Below, piece by piece: positions 1 to 10,261 of a DNA stretch of 64,000 nt. Within the stretch, counting starts at the first letter, position 1, and each line of letters starts with the position of its first letter. This DNA comes from Syntrophales bacterium. GTDB lineage: Bacteria > Desulfobacterota > Syntrophia > Syntrophales > PHBD01. The stretch lies in NCBI GenBank assembly GCA_963668175.1, contig OY764159.1:4096001-4160000 (forward strand). Reading direction: 5' to 3'. The position numbers were made by a program, and so were the translations under genes. The notes under the pieces were generated by a model. It saw only the letters and a list, made by a program, of their open reading frames with translations. It was not told the DNA's origin and did not search any database.

Positions 1-1
1 C

Positions 2-544
2 CCGACCGAAACTTTTTATGGGCTGGGGGTTGATGCTGGAAACGAACAGGCCATCGAAAAGATATTCCGGATCAAGGGCAGGGAATTCAGGAATCCCATT
101 GCCCTGATTATCGGCGATGAAAAACCGCTGAAAGGCTTGATAGACGAAATCACGCCCGCCGGTCTCATGCTCGCCGGTCAGTTCTGGCCAGGACCGTTGA
201 CCCTGGTTATGAAGGCGTCTGAAAGGGTTTCGCCGCGGCTGACGGCAGGGTCGGGCAAGGTCGGCATCCGGGTATCGAGCCACCCCCTGGCACAAGCCCT
301 GGCTACCGCCTTCGGAGGAGCGATCACGGCCACCAGCGCCAACCTGTCGGGAGGGCCGGAGTGCCTCGATGCTGCACAGGTTCTGGAACAGTTGAAAGGT
401 CGGATCGATGCGGTTTTGGATGGAGGCGCCACCCTTGGAGGCAGGGGGTCCACTTTTCTGGACGTTACGGCAGATGCCCCTGTCCTGCTTCGTGAAGGCG
501 CCGTGCCGGAGAAGCTTATTCGTTCGTATCTTGAAAAGCGGTAG
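2..544 (+). CDS. tsaC: L-threonylcarbamoyladenylate synthase (Sua5/YrdC family), 5'-truncated by the window edge
   Basis: The frame is open from base 2 (PTETFYGL...IFRIKGR) and continues into ORF 137..544, which has FWPGPLTLV, GIRVS, TSANLSG and ST..D motifs. Confidence 0.93.
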   Translation, partial: PTETFYGLGVDAGNEQAIEKIFRIKGREFRNPIALIIGDEKPLKGLIDEITPAGLMLAGQFWPGPLTLVMKASERVSPRLTAGSGKVGIRVSSHPLAQALATAFGGAITATSANLSGGPECLDAAQVLEQLKGRIDAVLDGGATLGGRGSTFLDVTADAPVLLREGAVPEKLIRSYLEKR

Positions 545-561
545 CTTTTTATCGCCCGCTG

Positions 562-1482
562 TTAATTTAAAAGACGTTCAGCCGCCAGGGGAACGACTCC
601 GGTTACAACAGGCGCCCTCTTGTCCACACCGGCCTTGTCGATCGCGAAGACCAGCATGAAGGGAATCTCCCGGTTGGGCAGCAGTCTGTCTTTCGTAACG
701 TTGGCATCCTGAGGCGTCGACAGACGCTTCTGAATCTCGCTCTCCTGCAAATTCATCAACTCCCCATCGCTCAAAGAGTTGCCGCAATAACTCATCCTCA
801 TCTGCAGGATCCGGTTCGTGCCGTCGTAAACCTTTCCCTGGATTCGGATCCGTGTCAAAATCTCCTGGGACTTATTGACGACCTTCCCCTCCACAACCAG
901 GAGCGGAACGCCTTCAGAGAAATAGGAATTCACGTAACGGTTCGTAACTTCCTTGATCTTGATGAGCCCCAGATTGACATCCCCCGGCTGCTTCTCCGCG
1001 CCGAAGATGTATTGAACCAGCGCCGTCGACCTGATGCCGCTCCAGGCCTGCTCACCTATTTCCGGAAAGAAGAAGAGATACAAACCGCCGCCGATAAGGA
1101 GATTGATGAGCAGTATCGGTACGATGAGTTTCCAGGAGAAACGGCTTTCCTTCCTCAGGTGGATCTCGTTCTCTTTCTCATCATCTTCATCGTCATCGTC
1201 TTCCTCATCGGAATGATGCAACCTGTTCTTCTGTATCTCTTCCGCCTCAACCGGCATGATGTCTTTCTCGATTTCGTCCGCAATCGATACGCTCGGCGAA
1301 TCAACCAATTTATCTTGACCTGCCTCGCTTCGCACGTCATCAGCAATCGGTCCGGCCGCATCGGACTTCCCGTAAAAGAATACATTTTGGCAGCGGCTGC
1401 ATCTGAGCCAGAAACCTGCATCTTTCACCATGGCATCGTCAAACCGGAACAGGGTCTTGCATTGATTACATTCAATATTCAT
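562..1482 (-). CDS. Zinc-ribbon (MJ0042-type) membrane protein with DUF3426-like C-terminal domain
   Basis: N-terminal CxxC...CxxC (ECNQCK...RCSRCQ), acidic linker, one TM helix and a soluble C-terminal domain. I chose the ATG at 1482 over the TTG at 1500. Confidence 0.8.
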   Translation of the reverse strand: MNIECNQCKTLFRFDDAMVKDAGFWLRCSRCQNVFFYGKSDAAGPIADDVRSEAGQDKLVDSPSVSIADEIEKDIMPVEAEEIQKNRLHHSDEEDDDDEDDEKENEIHLRKESRFSWKLIVPILLINLLIGGGLYLFFFPEIGEQAWSGIRSTALVQYIFGAEKQPGDVNLGLIKIKEVTNRYVNSYFSEGVPLLVVEGKVVNKSQEILTRIRIQGKVYDGTNRILQMRMSYCGNSLSDGELMNLQESEIQKRLSTPQDANVTKDRLLPNREIPFMLVFAIDKAGVDKRAPVVTGVVPLAAERLLN

Positions 1483-1496
1483 ATGCCGTGCTCTGC

Positions 1497-2012
1497 TCAA
1501 TCCTGGACGACGTAAACGTCCGGAAGAAACCTGTATTGTTCATTAAAATCAAGGCCGTAACCGACGACAAAACCGTCGTCGATGGTAAATCCTACATAAT
1601 CGGCCTCGAATGTCACTTTTCTTTTCAAGCGCTTATCCAGAAAGGCGCATACCTTCAGGGACCGCGGATTGCGCTCCATGAGCCAATCGACAAAAAACTT
1701 GAGCGTCAGTCCCGTATCGACGATATCCTCGACAATCAGAATATCTTTCCCCCGGATGGAAGTCTCGATGTCTTTTGCGACGATGACTTTCCCGCTGCTG
1801 GCCGTACCCGCCCCATAACTGGCCAGGCGTGCGAAATCGACTGTACAGGGGATGCTGATATTGCGAATGAGGTCCGACATGAAGATAAAGGCCCCCTTGA
1901 GCACACCGATCATGATCAACTCCCTGCCTTCATAATCCCGTGAAATCTTTTCCGCCAGTTCACGGACCCGCCGATCGATGGCCTCTTTTGCAAAAAGAAC
2001 TTCTTTTTTCAT
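1497..2012 (-). CDS. hpt: Hypoxanthine phosphoribosyltransferase
   Basis: GVLKGAFIFMSDL, PRPP-binding LIVEDIVDTGLTL and FVVGYGLDF motifs. Confidence 0.96.
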   Translation of the reverse strand: MKKEVLFAKEAIDRRVRELAEKISRDYEGRELIMIGVLKGAFIFMSDLIRNISIPCTVDFARLASYGAGTASSGKVIVAKDIETSIRGKDILIVEDIVDTGLTLKFFVDWLMERNPRSLKVCAFLDKRLKRKVTFEADYVGFTIDDGFVVGYGLDFNEQYRFLPDVYVVQD

Positions 2013-2037
2013 GGCTTATCCTCCCCACCCTGCGGGC

Positions 2038-2066
2038 ACCATAGCCAAGTCATGACCATATGTCAA
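2038..2066 (-). promoter_or_regulatory. Putative sigma70 promoter for hpt
   Basis: Minus strand reads TTGACA-17 nt-TATGGT, with an AT-rich tract upstream of the -35 and a GGAGG RBS before the hpt ATG. Confidence 0.5.
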
Positions 2067-2174
2067 TAAAAATAAAGGCATACCTTCTTATATTGCTCGG
2101 CACCGGCTACTTTCGCAGAGAAAGAAGGGCTTGACCGTGACCCAAATCACCAATCGGCAAGATTATTCGCATGC

Positions 2175-2987
2175 TTAAGTTTCGGGATAGATTTCGGCGA
2201 ATTCGTCGATACAGCCCTGGATGATGGCTTCCGCATGGAGAATGTCATCCTTGCGCCCGAATTCCGAGCAAAGGCAGAGGAATATTCGATCGAACCGGGA
2301 GCGTTCGAGTCCTAATGATTCGTAATCGATGTGGTTGATCATGTACTGGGAGCCGTCGAAGTAGTATTTGCCGAACCTCTGGGTATCGGACGACCGATAG
2401 GGCCAGGATGTCTTGAGTGAAAAGAAACGGCGGGCCGCTTCCCTGACACGGCTTTTGGCAAACATGTCCGAAGAGGGCATTTCGCAGACCCTCTCGCTGA
2501 TCAGGCGGAAATAGTCCTTGACCAGATCGATGTCCGTGACGCAAAGGCCATAGAGGTACCAGTCGTCAAGAATATTGATGAGCGCCCGCTTCTCTTCGCG
2601 GGCGATATAGTGATAGCTGGGACAAAAGTGTCCTTCGCAGAGTTCCTTCCCGTAGAAGGAAACCGTCCTCATATCGAGCCCTTCGTTCTGAAGGGGATGA
2701 AGAAGGCAGCCGACCTTTTTTTCGCCGCTGTCCAGAAATCCCAGGTATTCGCAGCAGTATATGACCTCGTAGCGTTTGGTTTGGTCTTCTGAGGCCATGA
2801 TTCTTTCGGCAAAACCAGGTAAGTCTTCGGGTTTTCTAACACTTTTTCGAAAGATATCCGTCCTGCTTCGTAACCGGCGGACGAGGGAATCCCGGGAACT
2901 GTCGGCATAATTATAGAGACCGCAACACGCCCCGCAGGACATGCCTTCGCATGGCTGACAAAGATGGACGAATCCTTCTTCCGGCAT
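2175..2987 (-). CDS. Cys-rich hypothetical protein, possible Fe-S or Zn binder (loosely YkgJ/CxxCxxCC-like)
   Basis: 270 aa ORF with CQPC, SCGACC, CCEYL, GCLLHP and CEGHFCP. Confidence 0.7.
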   Translation of the reverse strand: MPEEGFVHLCQPCEGMSCGACCGLYNYADSSRDSLVRRLRSRTDIFRKSVRKPEDLPGFAERIMASEDQTKRYEVIYCCEYLGFLDSGEKKVGCLLHPLQNEGLDMRTVSFYGKELCEGHFCPSYHYIAREEKRALINILDDWYLYGLCVTDIDLVKDYFRLISERVCEMPSSDMFAKSRVREAARRFFSLKTSWPYRSSDTQRFGKYYFDGSQYMINHIDYESLGLERSRFDRIFLCLCSEFGRKDDILHAEAIIQGCIDEFAEIYPET

Positions 2988-3131
2988 CGGGCAAAAACCC
3001 GCCTTTCATGAAGTGCTATCAATCGCCACGGCTATATATGCGTTATGATATTGCAGGTCAAGATTAAAGATGTTAAGGAAACAGACCGGTAAACGACAGC
3101 AAATCACTTCATCCCTACAGGATATGCCGTT

Positions 3132-3542
3132 ATGACGAAACTGATTGAAACCATTACGCTGCCCAACGGTTTGATCCTCGAGATCATAGACCGATCAAGG
3201 CCGATCGCCGCAGATACGACGCAGGTGGTATTCGTTGCCCAAATAGTCGTCACTCTTGACGAATCGTTCTTCAGCGGTCGAGAACATTACGAGGCCACCC
3301 GAAAGGTCTTCGGTCCTCAACTCACTTATACCTACCGCAAAGAGAGGACCTTCGTCCGGACCCAGGATAAAGATTCCGTTTTCAGTGACTTGGTCGAAAC
3401 ATTCAAGAACGATACCATGGCTTACCTTTCTCACAGGGATTTTCCCCGCCGGTTTGCCTTGTCAAAGCTGCGAGATATCCTGAGCCATCCTTATAAGTAC
3501 TCTCCACCACAGAGCATAGAGACGTCAGGGGAAGAGACGTAA
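3132..3542 (+). CDS. Hypothetical protein
   Basis: 136 aa ATG-started ORF with protein-like composition filling the gap; no recognised motif. Confidence 0.7.
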   Translation: MTKLIETITLPNGLILEIIDRSRPIAADTTQVVFVAQIVVTLDESFFSGREHYEATRKVFGPQLTYTYRKERTFVRTQDKDSVFSDLVETFKNDTMAYLSHRDFPRRFALSKLRDILSHPYKYSPPQSIETSGEET

Positions 3543-3740
3543 CCTCACCGGCAGCCCCCATCGCCTCAACCCGGCTAATCGGTTCTCCCGGGCTGTATTA
3601 TAGGACAGGCCTGCTAAAGAATTGTTAAGGCGGTATTATGTCATAACAATTCGTCCTTGACTAATCCCGGAAAACGATATAGTCAAGCGCACTTTAACAA
3701 GGGGCATTCTGCCCGGCAAAGAAGCGAATGGACGGTCAAT

Positions 3741-5219
3741 ATGGAAGAAAGCGAACTCCTGAAAAAAAGAAAAGAGAAGATGGCATCCCTGAAGGAACAG
3801 GGTATTGATTTATACGTCAACGACGTTGAGGTGAAGGACACGACGGCATCTATCCTGTCCAAATGCCAGGATATGGACAATGAGGCATTGGCCGGTTTAA
3901 CGGAGCGTTTCTCCATAGCGGGCAGGCTTATGGCCGTGCGGGATTTCGGCAAGGGCGCTTTCATCAGCGTTCAGGACAGAAAAGGCCGGCTGCAGGGATT
4001 GATCAGCAAGAATATCCTCGGAGAAGATGTATTCAATCTCTTTAAGCGCTGCGACGTCGGAGACATCGTATATCTCGCAGGAAGGATGATGAAGACGAGG
4101 ACGGGTGAACTGACGATCGAAACGGCGGAATTTCGCCTTTTGTCCAAATCCGTAAGACCTCTTCCGGAAAAATGGCACGGACTGACCGATGTTGAAACGA
4201 GATACCGGCAGCGCCACCTCGATCTGATCGTCAACCCCAAGGTGAAAGATGTCTTTTACAAGCGCAGCCGCATCATTCACCTTATCCGTCAGTTCATGGA
4301 TTCCCGTGATTTTCTGGAGGTCGAAACGCCTATGATGCAGCCGAAGGCAGGGGGGGCCGTGGCTCGGCCGTTCAAGACCTTCCACAATGCCCTGGGAATG
4401 GATTTTTACCTTCGGATCGCCCCTGAATTGTATCTGAAAAGGCTGATAACCGGCGGCATGGACCGGGTCTATGAAATCAACCGCAATTTCAGAAATGAAG
4501 GCATTTCGTCTTTCCATAATCCGGAATTCACCATGATGGAGTTCTATCAGGCCTATACAACCTACAAAGAACTCATGACCATGACGGAAGATCTCTTCGT
4601 CTTTCTTGCCGATGATATATTCGGATTGTTACAGTTTACCTACCAGGGTACATCCGTGGATTTAACGCCGCCGTGGCGCAGGATTTCCGTTCACGATGCC
4701 ATCGTCGAGTTGGGCAATATCGATCCCGAAGCGCTCCGGAGCAAGGATCAGGCATTGGCCTGCGCAAGAGAACTGGGGCTCGACGTCAAGGATTCGGACC
4801 CGTTGGGCAAGGTCTGCATGGCCATCTTCGACGAAGTGGTCGAGCCCAAGCTCATACAACCGACCTTCATAACGCTTTATCCCGTCGATGTTTCTCCCCT
4901 TTCGAGACGCAATGCGAGCGACCCTGCCCTTACCGACCGTTTTGAGCTTTACATATGCGGCAGGGAAATCGCCAACGCCTTCTCGGAACTCAACGATCCC
5001 GAGGACCAGCGGGGAAGATTTCTCATGCAATTGCAGGAACGCGAAGCCGGCGATGACGAAGCTCATGAAATGGACGAGGACTATATCCAGGTTCTCGAAT
5101 ACGGCATGCCTCCGACAGGCGGAGAAGGAATCGGCATTGACAGGCTGGTCATGCTCTTTACCGATTCGGCGTCAATCCGGGACGTCATTCTATTCCCCCA
5201 CATGAGAACGAAGGAGTGA
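3741..5219 (+). CDS. lysS: Lysine--tRNA ligase (class II)
   Basis: OB-fold anticodon domain, RYRQRHLDL, LRIAPELYLKRL, FRNEG and YGMPPTGGEGIGIDRL motifs. The ATG at 3741 is the more likely start. Confidence 0.98.
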   Translation: MEESELLKKRKEKMASLKEQGIDLYVNDVEVKDTTASILSKCQDMDNEALAGLTERFSIAGRLMAVRDFGKGAFISVQDRKGRLQGLISKNILGEDVFNLFKRCDVGDIVYLAGRMMKTRTGELTIETAEFRLLSKSVRPLPEKWHGLTDVETRYRQRHLDLIVNPKVKDVFYKRSRIIHLIRQFMDSRDFLEVETPMMQPKAGGAVARPFKTFHNALGMDFYLRIAPELYLKRLITGGMDRVYEINRNFRNEGISSFHNPEFTMMEFYQAYTTYKELMTMTEDLFVFLADDIFGLLQFTYQGTSVDLTPPWRRISVHDAIVELGNIDPEALRSKDQALACARELGLDVKDSDPLGKVCMAIFDEVVEPKLIQPTFITLYPVDVSPLSRRNASDPALTDRFELYICGREIANAFSELNDPEDQRGRFLMQLQEREAGDDEAHEMDEDYIQVLEYGMPPTGGEGIGIDRLVMLFTDSASIRDVILFPHMRTKE

Positions 5220-5302
5220 ACGTGGAGCGGACAGGGCGATGAACGTGAATTAAGCCGTTATATTCGGATCGGATTGCCTTCACCCTGCTGCCACAGCACG
5301 CT

Positions 5303-6583
5303 ATGTCTTCCTACGAATTTTTCATCAGTCTGCGATACTTGCGGGCCAAGAGGAAACAGGTCTTCGTTTCCGTCATCACCTTCATCTCCGTCGCCGGGAT
5401 ATTTCTGGGCGTTGCCGCCCTGATTATCGTCCTGGCCGTCATGAACGGGTTTGAAACGGACTTGCGCAACAAAATCCTGGGAGTCAATTCCCATGTCGTT
5501 CTGATGGAGTACACCGGTCCGATGAAGAACTACCCGGAAGTGATGCAGAAAATAGCCGGCATAAAAGGCGTGGTTGCTTCGACGCCGTTCATCTACGGTC
5601 AGACGATATTGAAGCATGGCGACCGCGTCAGCGGTATCGTTCTTCGCGGATTGTCCGAGGACGATGCATTCAAAGTGATCAGCCTGGGCAGAATGAGAGA
5701 AGGGGGTCTTGACTATCTTTCCGCCAACAAACGTTCAACGCTGAGTCTGGACGGCAGCAAGGCGGGGCTTCCCGGTATTCTGATCGGCAAGGAACTGGCC
5801 AAGAATCTGGGGCTGTTCTTTCTGGACACCGTCAGCGTCATTTCCCCGATGGGAATATCCACACCGATGGGCATGGTCCCACGGCTCAAGAACTTCCTTA
5901 TCGTCGGCATCTTCGACTCGGGATTCTATGAATACGATTCGACCTTGGCCTACATTTCCCTCAGGGATTGCCAGGATTTCCTCAACATGGGCAATACGGT
6001 GACCGGCATCGAAATCAAAGTGGACGATATTTACAAAGCCGACACCATCGCCAAGAATATTGAAAAGAAACTGGGGTTCCCCTTCTGGGCCCGCCACTGG
6101 ATGGAAATGAACAAGAATCTTTTCTCCGCCCTGAAACTGGAGAAAAGGGTCATGTTCATCATTTTAAGCCTGATCGTTCTGGTGGCGACGTTCAACATCG
6201 TTACGGCGCTGATCATGGTCGTCATGGAAAAGAATAAGGACATCGCCGTATTGAAATCCATGGGGGCTACGTCGAAAAGCGTCATGAAGATATTTGTTCT
6301 TCAGGGTCTTATCATCAGCATCACAGGAACGATCCTGGGTTGTATCGGCGGTCTTGCCGTCGCTATAAACCTGAACTGGATATCAAAAGTCATAGAAAAG
6401 ATCTTCCATTTTAAGATACTGCCAGGGGATGTCTATTATCTGAGCGAATTGCCGTCACGCGTCAATCCCACAGATGTTCTGATCATCGTCGCGGGAACGA
6501 TCCTGATCAGTTTCCTGTCCACCATCTATCCGTCCTGGCGCGCCGCAAAACTGGATCCTGCAGAAGCGCTAAGGTACGAGTAA
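5303..6583 (+). CDS. lolC: Lipoprotein-releasing ABC transporter permease, LolC/E family
   Basis: LRYLRAKR, LAVMNGF, four TM segments and C-terminal YPSWRAAKLDPAEALRYE; followed by lolD. Confidence 0.93.
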   Translation: MSSYEFFISLRYLRAKRKQVFVSVITFISVAGIFLGVAALIIVLAVMNGFETDLRNKILGVNSHVVLMEYTGPMKNYPEVMQKIAGIKGVVASTPFIYGQTILKHGDRVSGIVLRGLSEDDAFKVISLGRMREGGLDYLSANKRSTLSLDGSKAGLPGILIGKELAKNLGLFFLDTVSVISPMGISTPMGMVPRLKNFLIVGIFDSGFYEYDSTLAYISLRDCQDFLNMGNTVTGIEIKVDDIYKADTIAKNIEKKLGFPFWARHWMEMNKNLFSALKLEKRVMFIILSLIVLVATFNIVTALIMVVMEKNKDIAVLKSMGATSKSVMKIFVLQGLIISITGTILGCIGGLAVAINLNWISKVIEKIFHFKILPGDVYYLSELPSRVNPTDVLIIVAGTILISFLSTIYPSWRAAKLDPAEALRYE

Positions 6584-6725
6584 CGGTCCTTACCGCCAAT
6601 GGAGCAGAGGTCATCATTGTGAATATCCTGATTACGACAACACCATGCAGGCATGCAGCCTTGGTCTTGGAGCATGTTGAAAACCGTTTGCTTTCCTTAA
6701 CTTGCTGTACGGATACGAATGAGCG

Positions 6726-7397
6726 ATGATTGCCATAAGAGATCTGCACAAAATCTTTATCAAAGATCATAATGAAATTCATGTCTTGAAAGGACTCAAC
6801 TTTGACATTGAACGAGGAGATTCTCTTGCGGTCCTGGGGGTTTCCGGAGCCGGTAAGAGTACGTTGCTTCACATTGTCGGTACGCTCGACCATCCAACGT
6901 CCGGCACCATCTCCTTTGACGGCGTCAACGTTTTCGACTGGGACGAAGCGAGACTTGCGGCATTCAGAAATAAGAAGATCGGTTTCGTGTTTCAATTCAA
7001 CAATCTGCTGCCTGAATTCAGCAGTCTCGAGAATGTCATGATGCCTCTTCTCATCAGCGGATCGTCCAAAAAAGAAGCTGTCAGACGGTCGGTATCGCTT
7101 CTGGAAGAAGTCGGCCTCGCAGATCGAACCACTCACAAGCCCGGCGAACTGTCCGGAGGTGAACAACAGCGGGTGGCCGTGGCCCGAGCCCTGATCATGG
7201 AGCCGGAAGTCATTCTCGCCGATGAACCGACAGGAAACCTTGACACGGAAACAGGAAAAAAGGTAGAAGACGTTCTCATTTCCATGAACAAGAAGAGACG
7301 GATTACGCTCATTGTGGCCACGCACAATCAATCACTCGCGGAACGAATGTCCAGGAGCATGGGCTTAAAAGATGGCAAGATCGACCTCCATGAATAA
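6726..7397 (+). CDS. lolD: Lipoprotein-releasing ABC transporter ATP-binding protein
   Basis: Walker [10 protein letters not shown], signature [10 protein letters not shown] and DEPTGNLD. Confidence 0.93.
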   Translation: MIAIRDLHKIFIKDHNEIHVLKGLNFDIERGDSLAVLGVSGAGKSTLLHIVGTLDHPTSGTISFDGVNVFDWDEARLAAFRNKKIGFVFQFNNLLPEFSSLENVMMPLLISGSSKKEAVRRSVSLLEEVGLADRTTHKPGELSGGEQQRVAVARALIMEPEVILADEPTGNLDTETGKKVEDVLISMNKKRRITLIVATHNQSLAERMSRSMGLKDGKIDLHE

Positions 7398-7491
7398 GCG
7401 GTCAATGAGAACGACACCCTGCACGCATACATGCCTGCCGAATATGGATGCAACATGGCAGCCGTCGGGAAACCTTTCTTTCCCACGCTAC

Positions 7492-10134
7492 ATGAACAGA
7501 CGGCTGCTGACGGCCGTCTTCTCGTTTTTATACCTCTTGATCCTTCACACCGGCTGGGCCATCGCCGAAGACGTCAAAAAAATCGCCATAGCGCCGTTTA
7601 CGGTACATAGTAAAGACAACAGGGAAAATCTCCAGGAAGCCCTTTTAAAAGCCCTGGCGGCAGAGATGACAACGCATAAGACCATTCAGCTTGTCGATCA
7701 GGGGCTCGTCTCCCGGGTAGTCGGCGGACGACCGGTCGATGAAAAACTGGCCGTCAGGATTGCAGACGAAGCGAAAGCCCAGTATGTCGTTATGGGGAGC
7801 GTTTCTCAATTCGGCGATCAGATCAGTGTGGACGTCATCGTCTATGATGTCGAGCAGAAAAAGGCACTGCCGGGCTATTTCGTTCAGGGAAGAGGCATGG
7901 AAAGCATCGCGGCAACCATAGCCCCCCGCATCAAAAGCGATCTGCTTCTGAAAACCGGAGTGGAAAAAAGGATTGCCAGCATTGAATTCAAGGGCAACAA
8001 AAAGATTGAGAATACCGCTATTTCACAGGTCATTAAAAGCGCGAAGGGCGGCATCTTTTCCAATGCCGATTTGTCGAACGACGTCAAGACCATTTATCAG
8101 ATGGGTTATTTTGACGATGTCCGGGCGGACGTGGCGGATACGCCAGAGGGACAGGCCATCGTCTTTACGGTCAACGAAAAGGCCCTTATTGCCGACGTTG
8201 CGATTCGCGGAAACAAGAAACTCGATACGGACGAAATCAAATCGGCCATGACGGTCAAACCTCATCAAATCTTGAATCCCCTGAAACTTAAGGCCGATGT
8301 CGAAAAAATTAAAGGTCTTTACGAAGGCAAGGGATATTATAATGCGGAAATTTCAACCGCCATCGAGAAAGAAGGGACCAAAGATCCCGTCGTGGTTGTA
8401 AATATTGTCGAAAACGACCGGTTATATGTCCGGAGGATATCGTTTGAAGGCAACAAGGCATTCAGGGATAAAGACCTCAAAAACATGATGAAGACATCCG
8501 AATGGTATATCTTCTCATTCATCACGGACGCCGGGCTGCTGAAGAAGGACGAACTCCGCCAGGACATGGGAAAACTGAGCACATTCTATCTGAACAACGG
8601 GTACATCAACGCCCAGATCGGGGAACCGGAGATAACCCACGACCAGAAGGGCATCTACATCAAAATACCCATCAGCGAGGGTAAGCAGTTCAAAGTCGGC
8701 AAAGTGGATATCACGGGCGATGAATTAAAGACGCCGAAGGCCGACCTTCTTGCCAAACTCACCATCAAGCAAAAGGATTATTACGACCGATCGGCGATCA
8801 TGAGAGACATTGAAGAATTGACCCGGATCACCAACGATGAGGGTTACGCCAACGCCGATATCACGCCCCGTACAAACGTTCTGGAAAAAGAGACTGCTGT
8901 CGACATTACTTATCATATTACCAAGGGGAGCCTTGTCTATTTCAACAGGATCACCATAACAGGCAACTACAAGACGAGAGACAAGGTCATCCGCCGGATG
9001 CTCTCCGTCGTGGAAGGGGATCTCTATAACAACACGGGGCTGAAGAGAAGTTATCAATCTCTGGAAAGAACCCGGTATTTTGAAGAGATTAATTTTCAGG
9101 CCGAAAAGGGACCCAATGACGCCTTGACGGACGTCAACGTCCAGGTCAAAGAAAAACAGACGGGCATGTTCAGTATCGGCGTAGGTTACAGCGCTTCGGA
9201 CAATGCCTCCATAACCGCGAAGGTGGAGCAGCAGAATCTCTTCGGCAGAGCCCAGACCTTGAGTTTGAGGGCAACTCTATCCGGATATCGAAGACTATAC
9301 GAGGTATCGTTCACGGAACCCTGGTTGTTCGACTTGCCCTTGTGGATGAAAGCCGATTTATGGAACATCGAACGGCAATACGACACTTACACGCTTGAGG
9401 CCATCGGCTTTGGAATGACGTTCGGTTACCCCTTGTGGGAAAAGATATACGGCTCGATTGGATACCGCTTATCGAACGATACGGTCAAAGACATCCTGAC
9501 TACCGCATCGGATTACACGAAATCCCAGGAAGGCACAACGGTAACGAGCAGCATAACAGCGGCCCTCAACCGGGATTCAACGAACGATACTATGTTTCCT
9601 TCCCAGGGATCGAGAAACAGCATAGCCGTAACGTATGCCGGTGGGTTTCTGCAGGGGGATTCCCAATTCACCCGCTACGGCGCCACCTCTTTCTGGTTTT
9701 TCCCCCTTCCTTGGGATACCGTATTCAGCGTGGGGGGAAGGTGGGGTTATATAACCGCCAACAACGATAAGCCCATTCCTGTTTATGAACGTTATTATCT
9801 CGGCGGAATCAACAGCCTGAGAGGTTTGAGGAATGTCGGCCCCACAGACCCGGCCACCGGCGAGTTCATCGGCGGCCTTACGATGATGAGCTACACGGCG
9901 GAATATATCTTCCCCGTTATGAAGAGCGCGGGACTAAGAGGGGTTGTCTTTTTCGACACAGGAAACTCTTGGGAAAGCGGTTATCATTTTAACGATATGA
10001 GGCGAACCACCGGTGTCGGCGTCCGTTGGTATTCGCCGATAGGTCCATTGAGACTGGAATGGGGCTATGTTCTGGATCGGAGGGAAGGCGACGACCCCTT
10101 CCGCTGGGAATTCACCATGGGCATGATGATGTAG
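7492..10134 (+). CDS. bamA: Outer membrane protein assembly factor BamA with an extra N-terminal domain
   Basis: Signal peptide from ATG 7492 (start uncertain; frame is open from 7372), five POTRA repeats, beta-barrel with TEPWLF and GVGVRWYSPIGPLRLEWG. Confidence 0.95.
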   Translation: MNRRLLTAVFSFLYLLILHTGWAIAEDVKKIAIAPFTVHSKDNRENLQEALLKALAAEMTTHKTIQLVDQGLVSRVVGGRPVDEKLAVRIADEAKAQYVVMGSVSQFGDQISVDVIVYDVEQKKALPGYFVQGRGMESIAATIAPRIKSDLLLKTGVEKRIASIEFKGNKKIENTAISQVIKSAKGGIFSNADLSNDVKTIYQMGYFDDVRADVADTPEGQAIVFTVNEKALIADVAIRGNKKLDTDEIKSAMTVKPHQILNPLKLKADVEKIKGLYEGKGYYNAEISTAIEKEGTKDPVVVVNIVENDRLYVRRISFEGNKAFRDKDLKNMMKTSEWYIFSFITDAGLLKKDELRQDMGKLSTFYLNNGYINAQIGEPEITHDQKGIYIKIPISEGKQFKVGKVDITGDELKTPKADLLAKLTIKQKDYYDRSAIMRDIEELTRITNDEGYANADITPRTNVLEKETAVDITYHITKGSLVYFNRITITGNYKTRDKVIRRMLSVVEGDLYNNTGLKRSYQSLERTRYFEEINFQAEKGPNDALTDVNVQVKEKQTGMFSIGVGYSASDNASITAKVEQQNLFGRAQTLSLRATLSGYRRLYEVSFTEPWLFDLPLWMKADLWNIERQYDTYTLEAIGFGMTFGYPLWEKIYGSIGYRLSNDTVKDILTTASDYTKSQEGTTVTSSITAALNRDSTNDTMFPSQGSRNSIAVTYAGGFLQGDSQFTRYGATSFWFFPLPWDTVFSVGGRWGYITANNDKPIPVYERYYLGGINSLRGLRNVGPTDPATGEFIGGLTMMSYTAEYIFPVMKSAGLRGVVFFDTGNSWESGYHFNDMRRTTGVGVRWYSPIGPLRLEWGYVLDRREGDDPFRWEFTMGMMM

Positions 10135-10261
10135 CATGTCATATCAGACGGGGTTTATTCACTCCTTGATAAGAAAGCTATATATAACATATGACATCCC
10201 TGAGCGGGGATATAAAAGAAGAGAACATTTATTCAACAACACAAAAGGGAGGAGAATATTC

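Noticed and set aside
1175..1215. TCA/TCG-type trinucleotide run
   Set aside because: It encodes the acidic D/E linker of the DUF3426-like protein on the minus strand and is not an independent repeat element.
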